A stretch of 64,000 nt of DNA, from the IMG/VR virus record IMGVR_UViG_3300049046_000039, positions 32,001-96,000 of that record; one strand, 5' to 3'. Source of the DNA: a virus. Shown here one piece after another: positions 54,277-63,496 of the stretch. The notes beneath the pieces are model-generated. The model worked only from the letters and a program-made list of their open reading frames with translations, made no database searches and was not told the DNA's origin. Numbering within the stretch: position 1 is the stretch's first letter; the number at the start of each line of letters is the position of its first letter. Position numbers and translations under genes: made by a program.

Positions 54277-56783
54277 AAGAAACTATCCAGTGTTGCTTTC
54301 TTTTCGGTAGACCAACCGATCACCGAGAGAATATCGTTAAGAGGGTCGAGGTAGGTCTTTGAGAACTGTCGATTGTAGTCGACGTGTCTGTCTAGACCGA
54401 ACTCTTTAGGAAGTGCCGACGTGATAGCGATCACGTCTTGTTTGCTGTGGTTCGGAATCTTGAGATAGCCGAACTTAACTTTGTCGCCGCTGTAGATGTA
54501 TTCGTAAGTGTCTTCTAAGCCGAGGTCCTTCACGAGCTTGTTGTAGACTAGAGAAGCTCTAGCGTGAATTGGAGTCGCTGGCTTGCACAGATTAGCAGCG
54601 TCGGCATACTTCTCTAAGTTGTTGACACCTCTAGGCATCGCGATCTTTTCGAACGAGTATTGATCGAACTCTTCTCGGAAGTCGGCGATAAACTTATGAA
54701 GCTTCTCTTCGCCATCGTTCATCATGATCTTGAAGGTCTCCTTCATAGCCTCGCGAACTACAGCAGGAGTCGAAGGCATCACGGCTTTAATACCAACGAC
54801 TTTAAGCTCTGGCTCTTCTGGTCTGAATCCTTCGATGTCTCGAGCATTCAGCATGTAGTTCTTAGCTGCTACCCACATTCCCTTGTCGGCAATAGTCTCG
54901 CGCTTCATCTTAAGCGCTTTACTGTAGACGTTAAGCTGAGTGTAGAGGTCTTCGCACGCGTCGTTAATGACTTGCTGCAGCTTCTCCTTGGCTACCTTAT
55001 CAACAAAGTCAGTGATCTTTTCCGGATCGCCGCCGTTAGGGAAGACCTTCTTGACGAGATCGTCGACGGTGAGATAGACCGAGTCTGTATCGCAAGCGAT
55101 CACGTAGTCTTTGTCAGTCTTTAGAAGACCGTTAAGGTATCTGTTGAGAGCTCTCTCGACCGTACGAGTAGCGAGCTGACCAGTCATAGTGATAGCTTCA
55201 GCGCAGTCGAGATCGAACCACCTGAACCATAGGTTACTTACAGCACCATAGGCTGAGTTCAGCTGAATCTTTCGAGCCATCTGAAGACCGTCGAACTTAG
55301 CGTACAGATTATCGTACTGCTGCTTCTTTACGGGGTCGTTCTCTTTTGAGGCTAGCTTCTTGTACTCTTTAGCCTTGTCCTTGAACTCCTTACGATCCTT
55401 ATACTTACTCTCCATGAGCTTCGACAGGATGCTCTGGCGATCTTTTCTAAATTGAGTCAGATTAGCGCCGAGTGCATAGTCCCCCTTGTTAGGTAGGTCT
55501 ACATGGCTAAAGCCCGTCGCCAAGGCAGAGGCCACGGTCCAGCCCGGGCTCCATCCCTTTCCGGCAATAGTGTCTGGCCCGATATTGAGAAGCATGATGA
55601 TGTGAGGATACAGCGAGTCGAAGTCGAATGACAGCACCCAGTTGTACATGCCAGGCTTGACTTCCTTAACGTAGCCACCGACGAGTTCTCGATCCATATG
55701 CTTAACCTCTTTAGGAGGAACGCAGATCTTATCGTTCATGAGCTCGTTATGAATGATGACGTCCCACGGCTTAACTGTCGCGAGAGTATCGTTATAGTTT
55801 ACCTTAGCATCGTACGCTAGGTAGAAGACTAGTTCGATGAACTTACACTTCTCTTCGAGCTTGTAGACTAGATCGACGTCATGGATGTTATAGTCGATGA
55901 ACTTAACGAAGTCTTTCTCGTACAGCTCGAAGATGTCCTCGAACTCTGAGTAGTCTACCTTCTTCTCACCTAGCTCCTTGTGAGCGATCGTGTTGAGCTT
56001 CCAGTCTTCAGAGTTAGAGAAGCTGAACTTCTTGTAGAGGTGTTGGTAGTCTAGAATCGTAATGCCGAGTGGAACGTACGTCTGATTAGACTTACCACGG
56101 ATTACGATCTCATGCTCCTGCATCATCTTCCAAGGAGAGAGTCTTGCAGCCGCGTCTTGGCCGAGTAGCATGGTAATGCGATTTACGATGTATGGAATAT
56201 CGAAGAACTCGACGTTCCATCCGCTGATTACGTCGAGATCGAATGCTTCCCAGACCTTGATGAACTTAAGTAGAAGTTCGTGCTCGTCCTTGCACTTGAT
56301 ATAGACCACGCTCTCGCTCTTGGGAGTGTAGTCCTTGTAGCCGAGCGTCACTGTCTGGTTGCGACGTCGAATCGATATTGCAGTGATTGGAGCAGTCGGA
56401 TTAGCAGGATTGATGCCACCCTTCTGCTTGTCGGTCTCGATATCGAGATATCCGACGTTGATGACGTTACTGTCAAAGTTGATGTCACCGCGATACTTGT
56501 CGTAGAGATACGTGTAGAGAAAGTCGGTAGAACCGAAGATGTTAAAGTTCTCGATTCCCTCGTACTCTTTAGCGAAGTCTCTCGCCTCACGAATACTGTT
56601 GAAGTGTATCTGATTTAGAGGATGACCGTAGATCGATTTGAACTTCGTCTCTTGGCCAGGCTTAGCCGGAATGAAGAGATAAGGTTCGTAGTTATCTTGA
56701 TACTGAAAGCGCTTACCGTCTTTATGGCCGCGCACTAGAATGCGCCCACGGTACAAGTGCGCGTGAGTGTAGAATTTAGACAT
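54273..56783 (-). CDS. 43: Family B DNA polymerase gp43
   Basis: DIET, GWN..FFD, FDFDSLYP, K...NSAYG, DTDS. Confidence 0.98.
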   Translation of the reverse strand: MSKFYTHAHLYRGRILVRGHKDGKRFQYQDNYEPYLFIPAKPGQETKFKSIYGHPLNQIHFNSIREARDFAKEYEGIENFNIFGSTDFLYTYLYDKYRGDINFDSNVINVGYLDIETDKQKGGINPANPTAPITAISIRRRNQTVTLGYKDYTPKSESVVYIKCKDEHELLLKFIKVWEAFDLDVISGWNVEFFDIPYIVNRITMLLGQDAAARLSPWKMMQEHEIVIRGKSNQTYVPLGITILDYQHLYKKFSFSNSEDWKLNTIAHKELGEKKVDYSEFEDIFELYEKDFVKFIDYNIHDVDLVYKLEEKCKFIELVFYLAYDAKVNYNDTLATVKPWDVIIHNELMNDKICVPPKEVKHMDRELVGGYVKEVKPGMYNWVLSFDFDSLYPHIIMLLNIGPDTIAGKGWSPGWTVASALATGFSHVDLPNKGDYALGANLTQFRKDRQSILSKLMESKYKDRKEFKDKAKEYKKLASKENDPVKKQQYDNLYAKFDGLQMARKIQLNSAYGAVSNLWFRWFDLDCAEAITMTGQLATRTVERALNRYLNGLLKTDKDYVIACDTDSVYLTVDDLVKKVFPNGGDPEKITDFVDKVAKEKLQQVINDACEDLYTQLNVYSKALKMKRETIADKGMWVAAKNYMLNARDIEGFRPEEPELKVVGIKAVMPSTPAVVREAMKETFKIMMNDGEEKLHKFIADFREEFDQYSFEKIAMPRGVNNLEKYADAANLCKPATPIHARASLVYNKLVKDLGLEDTYEYIYSGDKVKFGYLKIPNHSKQDVIAITSALPKEFGLDRHVDYNRQFSKTYLDPLNDILSVIGWSTEKKATLDSFF

Positions 56784-56877
56784 CTATTCTCCATTTGGGA
56801 TATTGTGCATTATAACATGATTTTGAAAAAATGTCAATGCCTAAATAGTGATGAACCATTATAATTGGAGATTGAAA

Positions 56878-57354
56878 ATGGGTTACGTATTAGGAAGTCG
56901 TTCTAAGTCTAGACTTGTCGGTGTTCATCCAGACTTAGTTAGAGTTGTAGAAAGAGCAATTCAAATTACATCACAAGACTTTACCGTTCTGGAAGGTCTT
57001 AGAACTCTAGCAACACAAAGAAAGTACGTCGCTAAAGGTGCTTCAAAGACAATGAACTCAAAGCACTTGAGGCAACCAGACGGGTACTCTCACGCCGTGG
57101 ACATAGTTCCTATCGTGGCTGGTAAGCCTCGTTGGGAGTGGCCTGTTATATATCCGATGGCGGCGGCTATGGCTATTGCCGCTAAGGAGTTAGGCGTCGA
57201 ACTAATCTGGGGTGGCGTCTGGGACAGAGAGCTAGACGATCTGCCAAAGGACGCGGCGGGAATTAAAGCTGCGGTTAACGCGTACGTCGACAGACGTAGA
57301 GCTATGGGTCGTTCTGCTTTCATCGACGGTCCTCACTTCCAGCTCAAGAGGTAA
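56878..57354 (+). CDS. Endolysin, M15 L-Ala-D-Glu peptidase
   Basis: EGLRT...Q, SKH......HAVD, WGG.W, DGPHFQL. Confidence 0.93.
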   Translation: MGYVLGSRSKSRLVGVHPDLVRVVERAIQITSQDFTVLEGLRTLATQRKYVAKGASKTMNSKHLRQPDGYSHAVDIVPIVAGKPRWEWPVIYPMAAAMAIAAKELGVELIWGGVWDRELDDLPKDAAGIKAAVNAYVDRRRAMGRSAFIDGPHFQLKR

Positions 57355-57357
57355 GTC

Positions 57358-57753
57358 ATGGCAATACCACTACTAGCCGCTGCAGGCGCTCTTCCTTGGA
57401 AGACTATATTAAAGTGGGGAGCTGTCGCTGCTGTTCTTATTGGTATTGCGGTCATTGGTTATCGTGCAGTTAGTTCCTACAACGCTGCACTAACTAACAA
57501 CGCTATATTAGAGAGCAACAACGAGCAGCTTCTTCAGAACATCAAAGACAAAGAAGACTACATCGATAAGATGAACCAGCTTCAAGAAGCGACTAACAAC
57601 ATTCTAGCTCAAACTGAAGCTCGTAATAATGTAGTCGTCGAGAGACACAGCCAAGTAACGGAATACATCCAGAGCCCTGAAGCTCAAGCCAGCAACAGAG
57701 AAAGCTCTGACGTAATTAAGAACACAATCAGGATGCTAAGAGATGAAGAGTAA
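57358..57753 (+). CDS. Inner-membrane spanin (Rz-like)
   Basis: N-terminal TM plus coiled coil, downstream of endolysin. Confidence 0.75.
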   Translation: MAIPLLAAAGALPWKTILKWGAVAAVLIGIAVIGYRAVSSYNAALTNNAILESNNEQLLQNIKDKEDYIDKMNQLQEATNNILAQTEARNNVVVERHSQVTEYIQSPEAQASNRESSDVIKNTIRMLRDEE

Positions 57754-58039
57754 GATGATGATCGTATCAGCGCTGTCGCTACTGCTAGTAGCGTGTGGGC
57801 CTAAGACTGAGGAGCCAGTTCTAACGAAGACTGTGTACAAGGTCGTCGAGATCGACAACAAGTACTACGAGTGCGATAAGATACAGCTTCCAAATCCAGA
57901 AACACTAGACGACGCTGCAGTAGCTGCGCTAATTAACGATTTAGTGAAAGCTAACAGAGTCTGCTACAATAACATGCAAGCTATTCAGCTCGCTATCGAG
58001 ACTTCAAAGAAGATTCTCGAAGATAGAAACAGCGACTAG
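57743..58039 (+). CDS. Outer-membrane spanin lipoprotein (Rz1-like)
   Basis: Lipobox LVAC; overlaps end of i-spanin. Confidence 0.75.
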   Translation: MKSKMMIVSALSLLLVACGPKTEEPVLTKTVYKVVEIDNKYYECDKIQLPNPETLDDAAVAALINDLVKANRVCYNNMQAIQLAIETSKKILEDRNSD

Positions 58040-58226
58040 ATTAGGTCTATGAGGCGACCGTGAGAGTCTATAGCACGAACACGGTCGTACTTACTACTAA
58101 AGTCTTTTAGACGATTAGAAATTACGCTCTCACTGTTCTTGCATGTAGCGACATTAAACCACTGACCGTTAGTGCGTTGTGCTTGAATCGTTACCATTTC
58201 AACCTCAGTTTCTAGCTATATATACA

Positions 58227-58249
58227 ACAAAGGGGCCTAAGCCCCTTTG
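58227..58249. terminator. Hairpin terminator
   Basis: CAAAGGGGC-CTAA-GCCCCTTTG. Confidence 0.7.
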
Positions 58250-58406
58250 CCTTCTAGCTGTAAGATCTTAACGTCTTCAAAAGCTATCCAGAATGCGCTA
58301 ATGCGCTCTGCCACTTCCTTATGGCTAAGACCTAGAGGAGCACTTACATACGAATGTACTCTATGCTCTCTATCTCGTACTCTGCCGCTAAGATGTAGTT
58401 TTACTA

Positions 58407-59057
58407 TCAAGGTACTGGAAGTCCTAGAGCTTCGTTAAGTTCTGCTACTGGAATCGATAGTTCCTTAGAAGGAATCTTAGCCGTAGAGTCGCCAAACACC
58501 TTAGTGACGAAAGGCTTGCTCTCTGGCCATACTTCGACTAGCTTCTTAGTAGTCGTTACGCTGCTTAGTGCAGCGGTAATCTTACGATAGAGAGTAGTAA
58601 CTTCGCTCGAAGTCGTGTTGATCTTGTTAACGTGGTTGGTGATTCGGTTAGACAGATCTGTGTCTTTGATCAGGATAGTTGATCTGTTAAACTTTTCTAG
58701 CATTCGACGCTGAACGGTCTCTTCTACACTAAACATCTTATGTCCGACGAGAGATGTTACTCTGTATCCGATATGGTTGTAGATAGAGCCGTTGAAGTTT
58801 AGACTGGTGTAGTCGCTATAACCGTAACTTATATTGATTCTTTCAGTCATCGGCAGCCAGCCGTCAGGAAGAGCGTCTATTTGCTCTCTTTCCTTCTCGG
58901 TATAGATGCTATTGTATACCGCGAGAGCGATGGAAGCGTGATCTTTCTTAAGTTCCGCGATGTTGGTGCTCTCAAACTTATAGAGAAGAATATCTTTAGC
59001 GATGCGCTCTCTAGTGCTATTCGTTAGACGATAATTTCCTGGTGCTAAGTTACCCAT
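58407..59057 (-). CDS. Nmad5-like (nucleotide-modification-associated) protein
   Basis: RLTN..RE.I start and V.T.KKL.E.WPE end motifs. Confidence 0.7.
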   Translation of the reverse strand: MGNLAPGNYRLTNSTRERIAKDILLYKFESTNIAELKKDHASIALAVYNSIYTEKEREQIDALPDGWLPMTERINISYGYSDYTSLNFNGSIYNHIGYRVTSLVGHKMFSVEETVQRRMLEKFNRSTILIKDTDLSNRITNHVNKINTTSSEVTTLYRKITAALSSVTTTKKLVEVWPESKPFVTKVFGDSTAKIPSKELSIPVAELNEALGLPVP

Positions 59058-59080
59058 TGTGTATCCATAATGTATGTTGA

Positions 59081-59156
59081 TGGTGCCGCTAAGAGGAGTC
59101 GAACCCCTGGCCTCTCGAGTACGAAACGAGCGCTCTCCCGACTGAGCTATAGCGGC
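59081..59156 (-). tRNA. tRNA-Thr(CGU)
   Basis: Loop TTCGTAC; ACCA end. Confidence 0.9.
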
Positions 59157-59157
59157 G

Positions 59158-59232
59158 TGGTGCTCCAGGAGGGAATCGAACCCTCGGCTGATCCGTACCA
59201 AGGATCTGTTTTAGCCATTAAACTACAGGAGC
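59158..59232 (-). tRNA. tRNA-Thr(GGU)
   Basis: GATCC-TTGGTAC-GGATC; ACCA end. Confidence 0.92.
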
Positions 59233-59697
59233 ATTAACTATATTGATAGTGTATCCGTTCGTGTTTATCGTAAACGGAGTGTTTAATTTTCTGTCAGTGA
59301 TGACGTTGAACATCATGACGCTATTTCTAATGTTGACCATGAAGTTAAATCTGGTCTTAGGTTCTATAACGTCGGTGTAAACTCGACACGTAGTACTGTT
59401 ACCGTTCTCGTTAAGAGTGAAGTAGTAGTCTTCGTATATGTCAGACTTCTTCTTCTTCGGAGCTGGCTTCGGACTTGTCTGTGCCGTGTTGGCATGTCTT
59501 ACATGTGGTAAACTGACGATAAGCTTAGCGTCCTCGTAAGCGCGAGTTATGCGCTTAAACTTCTCGAGAGCTTCAGGATCGCTGTTGATGTCTGGATGAT
59601 ACTGCTTCGCGAGCTTTCGATAAGCTGACTTTATCTCGCTTAGAGTCGCGGTGCTTTGCAGATTTAGAACTTCAAACGGGTACATTCTCATACTCAC
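59218..59697 (-). CDS. DnaJ (J-domain) protein
   Basis: [16 protein letters not shown]...F..I..AYE. Confidence 0.9.
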   Translation of the reverse strand: MSMRMYPFEVLNLQSTATLSEIKSAYRKLAKQYHPDINSDPEALEKFKRITRAYEDAKLIVSLPHVRHANTAQTSPKPAPKKKKSDIYEDYYFTLNENGNSTTCRVYTDVIEPKTRFNFMVNIRNSVMMFNVITDRKLNTPFTINTNGYTINIVNAPVV

Positions 59698-59714
59698 TGT
59701 TTGAAGTATTTATA

Positions 59715-59790
59715 TGGTGCGTCCAGTAGGGATTGAACCTACGACCTCTTCGATGTCAACGAAGCGCTACTACCACTGAGCTATGGACGC
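59715..59790 (-). tRNA. tRNA-Val(GAC)
   Basis: CTTCG-TTGACAT-CGAAG; ACCA end. Confidence 0.92.
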
Positions 59791-59808
59791 ATATAAGTCG
59801 AAAACCTA

Positions 59809-59927
59809 TTACACCAGATGGCACCCGCCATCCCCTTAAGCGAATCGGGACCTACCGGATTAAGAGTCCGGTCGCGCTATTTACAGCTCGGCAAAGCTGA
59901 TCGCTTCAGTCTTTCATGGTATTGTAA
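59809..59927 (-). ncRNA. Candidate structured RNA displaying a tRNA-Lys(CUU) anticodon arm
   Basis: ACCGGA-CTCTTAA-TCCGGT within nested stems; no canonical T arm or CCA end. Confidence 0.55.
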
Positions 59928-59957
59928 GATTGCCGTCTTACAAGAACCACTATCGAC

Positions 59958-60221
59958 TTAATCACTGTAGTCTATACTGTTTTCCCAGAAGTAGCAGATC
60001 TTGTGCTTGTCAGAAAGATTCGACCACCACTCTTCTGCTCTGGCTAGTTCTTCTGGAGAGAACGTCTTGTACTTTTTCTCTTTGCGATCGTATGATTCGC
60101 AGGATTCGCAAGTGTAACTCTGACCAACCTCGCCAGAAACTACTGGGCAGTCGTTGTCACCGTACTTGCATCCGTGTACGTAGCAGCAGTGGGACTGATG
60201 CACGCCATAATTGTTAGCCAT
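59958..60221 (-). CDS. Cys/His-rich hypothetical protein
   Basis: H..HCC..HGCKYGD.DCPV. Confidence 0.7.
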   Translation of the reverse strand: MANNYGVHQSHCCYVHGCKYGDNDCPVVSGEVGQSYTCESCESYDRKEKKYKTFSPEELARAEEWWSNLSDKHKICYFWENSIDYSD

Positions 60222-60230
60222 ATCGAATTC

Positions 60231-60560
60231 TTAAGGTTGAGTTGGATGAAACCTACCGTACATACAGTGTACGACCTCGTGACCTATCCACTCTGGTTCG
60301 TAGGACACATCAGGATCGACTATGTAGATCGTGCACTTGTCACTCTGTATAGTAGCGAAAGCTTGAAGGTCTCTATCTTGAAGAGGAGGATTATACTTCT
60401 CGTACTCTTTGACGAGAGCTCTCTTGCTCTCTAGAGTTACGAACTGTATATTTGGGGAGAGCTTCTCGTATTCTTTAGTCTCGAACTGATATCCATCAGC
60501 AGAACCGCTGTTACATGAAACTAAGAGGAGAGCTGCGATTGGTGCTAGTATTTTCTTCAT
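60231..60560 (-). CDS. Lipoprotein with HExxH motif
   Basis: Lipobox LVSC; IGHEVVHC..G.FH. Confidence 0.75.
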   Translation of the reverse strand: MKKILAPIAALLLVSCNSGSADGYQFETKEYEKLSPNIQFVTLESKRALVKEYEKYNPPLQDRDLQAFATIQSDKCTIYIVDPDVSYEPEWIGHEVVHCMYGRFHPTQP

Positions 60561-60573
60561 ACTAGTAATTATA

Positions 60574-60638
60574 CAGGCTGCGTTTTTTGCGTTTTTCTAT
60601 CCAAAAGAAATGCTAAAACTTTTTGCTGAATGCAGCCT
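60574..60638 (-). ncRNA. CAGCAA-box RNA unit H (anticodon-like hairpin, UGG)
   Basis: AGGCTGC-ATTCAGCAA...GCAGCCT; TTTCT-TTTGGAT-AGAAA. Confidence 0.75.
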
Positions 60639-60644
60639 TAATTC

Positions 60645-60722
60645 TGGTCGTGCCGACGGTATTCGAAACCGCATTAACCTGATTGAAAGTCAGGGCTCTT
60701 AGACCAATTAGAGGACGGCACG
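60645..60722 (-). tRNA. tRNA-Glu(UUC)
   Basis: CCTGA-CTTTCAA-TCAGG; ACCA end. Confidence 0.88.
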
Positions 60723-61037
60723 TTATTTCTTATAGACCATCTTAACGTTAGAAGATACTTCCCAACATAAGATAGCTATCTGATCGTAGTATTCCAAAGT
60801 TATGTCTATGACTCTATCGCACTCTTCTTCGGTCGCGACGAACATGACTGGAATCATTCTCTCGTCATATATGTCGCCGTTAGGAGCTAGCCACTTACCC
60901 TTGTTCGGCGGCTGGATAGTAAGACCTCCGGTGATAGACTTTATCTTCGCGTCCCAGACGCGGTGGAATCTAGTCTTTATCGGTCTTCCATCGTTCCTCT
61001 GAGTGGGAACTAGTATAGTCCACATCTTCTTAATCAT
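60723..61037 (-). CDS. Hypothetical protein
   Basis: W.ILVPT, H..WD..I..ITGGLTI, ERMIPV. Confidence 0.75.
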   Translation of the reverse strand: MIKKMWTILVPTQRNDGRPIKTRFHRVWDAKIKSITGGLTIQPPNKGKWLAPNGDIYDERMIPVMFVATEEECDRVIDITLEYYDQIAILCWEVSSNVKMVYKK

Positions 61038-61038
61038 A

Positions 61039-61104
61039 CAGATTAGTCTTTGTCCGCTAGGTCAAATGCAAATTGGTAGCGTAATGAATTGCTGTAACTA
61101 ATCT
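61039..61104 (-). ncRNA. CAGCAA-box RNA unit I (anticodon-like loop, UGC)
   Basis: AGATTAG-TTACAGCAA...CTAATCT; CAA-TTTGCAT-TTG inside CGCTA/TAGCG. Confidence 0.72.
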
Positions 61105-61110
61105 AAACTC

Positions 61111-61199
61111 TGGTGCTCTCGCCGGGACTCGAACCCGGAAGACAAATCAATGCCTATAACCCCTCAAGCTACTGCGTTTACCAGTTTCGCCACGAGAGC
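61111..61199 (-). tRNA. tRNA-Leu(GAG)
   Basis: Loop TTGAGGG, long variable arm, ACCA. Confidence 0.9.
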
Positions 61200-61206
61200 A
61201 ATATGA

Positions 61207-61295
61207 TGGTACCGGTGACAGGGGTCGAACCTGCCCGGGACTTCCGTCCCACTAGGACCTAAACCTAGCGCGTCTGCCAAATCCGCCACACCGGC
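61207..61295 (-). tRNA. tRNA-Leu(UAG)
   Basis: CTAGG-TTTAGGT-CCTAG, long variable arm. Confidence 0.92.
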
Positions 61296-61302
61296 ATTAA
61301 CT

Positions 61303-61497
61303 TTAATTGTTGTTCGAGCTGACGTTGAAGTTAAACAGCAGCGAACAGAGGATGTTAATACCCCAAGCCTGAAGCCACGTTACCGTGCTCAGAATCGATA
61401 CTGCAGGGACGAGGCAAGCGTTCCAGAGAAGCATCGTGGGTAGTGCCAACAGCAAGCTGAAGACTAAAACAATTATGAGTGCGATCACGTATTGCAT
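61303..61497 (-). CDS. Small membrane protein
   Basis: Hydrophobic; MLLWN..L.P...TWLQAWG. Confidence 0.75.
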   Translation of the reverse strand: MQYVIALIIVLVFSLLLALPTMLLWNACLVPAVSILSTVTWLQAWGINILCSLLFNFNVSSNNN

Positions 61498-61511
61498 AAT
61501 TAAAAACTCCG

Positions 61512-61586
61512 TGGTAGCCCCAACGGGACTTGAACCCGTTTTGTCGGCGTGAGAGGCCGATCTCTTAACCCATAGAGGATGGGGCC
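61512..61586 (-). tRNA. tRNA-Glu(CUC)
   Basis: TCGGC-CTCTCAC-GCCGA; ACCA end. Confidence 0.9.
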
Positions 61587-61587
61587 A

Positions 61588-61674
61588 TGGTGGGTAGTAT
61601 AGGGTTCGAACCTATCATCTGCAACCGCAGGCCAGTTTTACAGACTGGTGCCCGTCCACTCAGGCGTACTACCC
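61588..61674 (-). tRNA. tRNA-Tyr(GUA)
   Basis: CCAGT-CTGTAAA-ACTGG, long variable arm. Confidence 0.9.
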
Positions 61675-61818
61675 ATTAATGACTTCCCAGCACGTATAGC
61701 TATCGTTACTGAGAAAGCTTTTATCTTCTTTGGCATGCTCTTCGCATAGAGGATGAGAACCTGCAAACTGAGTATGTCTTACGTATTCAGCTTCTCTATC
61801 ACAATCTATACAAATCAT
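61669..61818 (-). CDS. Small zinc-binding hypothetical protein
   Basis: MICIDC...TQFAGSHPLCEEHA. Confidence 0.65.
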   Translation of the reverse strand: MICIDCDREAEYVRHTQFAGSHPLCEEHAKEDKSFLSNDSYTCWEVING

Positions 61819-61829
61819 ACCGTAAACCT

Positions 61830-61905
61830 TGGAGGACGAGGTGGGGTTCGAACCCACGACACGAAGATTAAGAGTCTCCTGCTCTACCTACTGAGCTACA
61901 CGTCC
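61830..61905 (-). tRNA. tRNA-Lys(CUU)
   Basis: Loop CTCTTAA; TCCA end. Confidence 0.9.
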
Positions 61906-61906
61906 G

Positions 61907-62257
61907 TTATTCTTTTAGAGCTTTTAGCTTCGCTCTATAAAATTGTCTGAGCTTAGCTCGTCTCATCTTCTTCAGATAGTATACGTCCGGCTTATACTCG
62001 AGGTAGTAAGTAGGATACGCACTAATCTGTTCTAGAGAGACTCTGTCTTCATCGGTCAGAACGTAGTCTTTAGGATAAGACACGTTGCCGATGAAGTAGC
62101 TAGCTTCTTTCTTCGTATTGCAGTAGGAGCAGTCACACTCGCGGTGATTCTTCCTAGACTGTAATACGTGCCTATTTATCGCGGCTGGAAGGAGATGCTC
62201 TAAAAAGTTTTCAGAGACTCTCCGATCGACCTCTTCGAGCATCTCCTTAGTGTTCAT
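61907..62257 (-). CDS. Hypothetical protein
   Basis: ORF with CDCSYC. Confidence 0.65.
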   Translation of the reverse strand: MNTKEMLEEVDRRVSENFLEHLLPAAINRHVLQSRKNHRECDCSYCNTKKEASYFIGNVSYPKDYVLTDEDRVSLEQISAYPTYYLEYKPDVYYLKKMRRAKLRQFYRAKLKALKE

Positions 62258-62258
62258 G

Positions 62259-62612
62259 TTACTTCAGCTCGTAGAGCTTGGACATGTCACCCTTGTCGAT
62301 AGCCTTATCCAAGGCCGACTCGATCTTGGTGATCTGCTCGAGGAGCTTCTTGCGCTCTTCGAACTTGGCCTTGCTGTACTGCGTAGGCTTGGTCTCGTTA
62401 CCGTCCTCGTCGAAGTATCCACCGACATCAGGACGAATCTTTTGCAGATCCTTCTTGAGTGCCGAGAGCTTGTCGAGGCCGTTGAGAATAGCCTCGCTGC
62501 GCTTTTCGAGTTCCCGATTGACGAGAGCGTCGATTACTTTATCGTTAACCGCCGGCGAGATTTCGGCGATCTTGGTTGCCACAGCTTCAGTAATAGTCTT
62601 TGTCATACTCAC
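62259..62612 (-). CDS. Hypothetical coiled-coil protein
   Basis: Helical ORF in operon. Confidence 0.7.
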   Translation of the reverse strand: MSMTKTITEAVATKIAEISPAVNDKVIDALVNRELEKRSEAILNGLDKLSALKKDLQKIRPDVGGYFDEDGNETKPTQYSKAKFEERKKLLEQITKIESALDKAIDKGDMSKLYELK

Positions 62613-62622
62613 TTCTCTTTCA

Positions 62623-62844
62623 TTACGATTTGAACCAGAGGATATGTGTTACGTCTTCTGGAACGTCCATATAGAAGGCTACGTCTGAAGGACTGAACTC
62701 GGTGGTGTCGAGAGTGTCCTCTTCATACACCAGCTGAGCCATTCCATCGGAATCGTCTATCTCTCCTTCCACTACCATACCGACAAACTCGTCGATATCG
62801 ATAAGTTCTGCTACGTCTGTGTCTTCTTCAGTAAGTGCTCTCAT
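62623..62844 (-). CDS. Acidic hypothetical protein
   Basis: MRALTEE...D.DG...THILWF. Confidence 0.65.
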   Translation of the reverse strand: MRALTEEDTDVAELIDIDEFVGMVVEGEIDDSDGMAQLVYEEDTLDTTEFSPSDVAFYMDVPEDVTHILWFKS

Positions 62845-63098
62845 TAGAACCTCTTCTGCCAAGCGGAACCAGTAGTGTAGAGTCCCTCGCCAGCAAGATA
62901 GACGTTCCACATGATGCGGGAAATCTCTCGACTGCTAGGAGCTGAATCGATATCTCGAAGAAGAGCGTTCTTCTTCTTGTCTCGAGTAGAAGTACTCGTA
63001 ATAATGTCCTTGCATGTGAGTCTAGCCTCACTTAAGTCCATCTTTTCGATACCTTGAAGCATCGAAGCATCGAAGGTATCTTCGTTTACCTTTTTCAA
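62844..63098 (-). CDS. Hypothetical protein
   Basis: AGGAGG SD, TTG start; WN..LAGEGL. Confidence 0.7.
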   Translation of the reverse strand: MKKVNEDTFDASMLQGIEKMDLSEARLTCKDIITSTSTRDKKKNALLRDIDSAPSSREISRIMWNVYLAGEGLYTTGSAWQKRF

Positions 63099-63183
63099 GT
63101 AAGGCCTCCTTATTAGGATACCTTAGCTTTATAACATGTTTGGAAACAAAAGTAAACAAGTATTTTTGAGTGGCGCAAAGTTT

Positions 63184-63483
63184 TTAATCGAATTTCCAGC
63201 GATATCTACCACAATACTCTGCAGTACCGTCAGCGCGAAGTCTCACCGTACCGACTTTCGTGCAGTTGTATCGAAAAGGTCTCTGATGTTCTGGAGGAAG
63301 GTCTGCTCGAATGACAGTATGGAAGTCTTCGCTCCAGTCATACTCGCCGTCGTATAGCAGAACTCGCTTGTATCCCATGAACGTCGTCTTGACGAGCATG
63401 TTAACGTAGTCAGACAACCAGTATGGCGACACAACTAGAACAAGAGCCATCAGCACGATGGGAAGGAAAGCAAGAAATTCCAT
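63184..63483 (-). CDS. Membrane-anchored hypothetical protein
   Basis: GGAG SD; N-terminal TM. Confidence 0.65.
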   Translation of the reverse strand: MEFLAFLPIVLMALVLVVSPYWLSDYVNMLVKTTFMGYKRVLLYDGEYDWSEDFHTVIRADLPPEHQRPFRYNCTKVGTVRLRADGTAEYCGRYRWKFD

Positions 63484-63496
63484 GATATATCTCCAG

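Noticed and set aside
2208-56618. Many long plus-strand ORFs (e.g. 2208-2801, 4651-5154, 22708-23265, 28974-29633, 54660-55124)
   Set aside because: Antisense shadows of well-supported minus-strand genes, with no recognisable motifs
34461-56783. Introns or inteins in nrdA, nrdB, gp41, uvsX or gp43
   Set aside because: All are continuous and of normal length
59058-59201. N-terminal extensions of ORFs 58407-59201, 61669-61857 and 63184-63567
   Set aside because: The extensions translate tRNA genes
59218-59232. DnaJ gene overlap with tRNA-Thr as a special mechanism
   Set aside because: Short overlaps at tRNA 5' ends are readily explained by genome compaction
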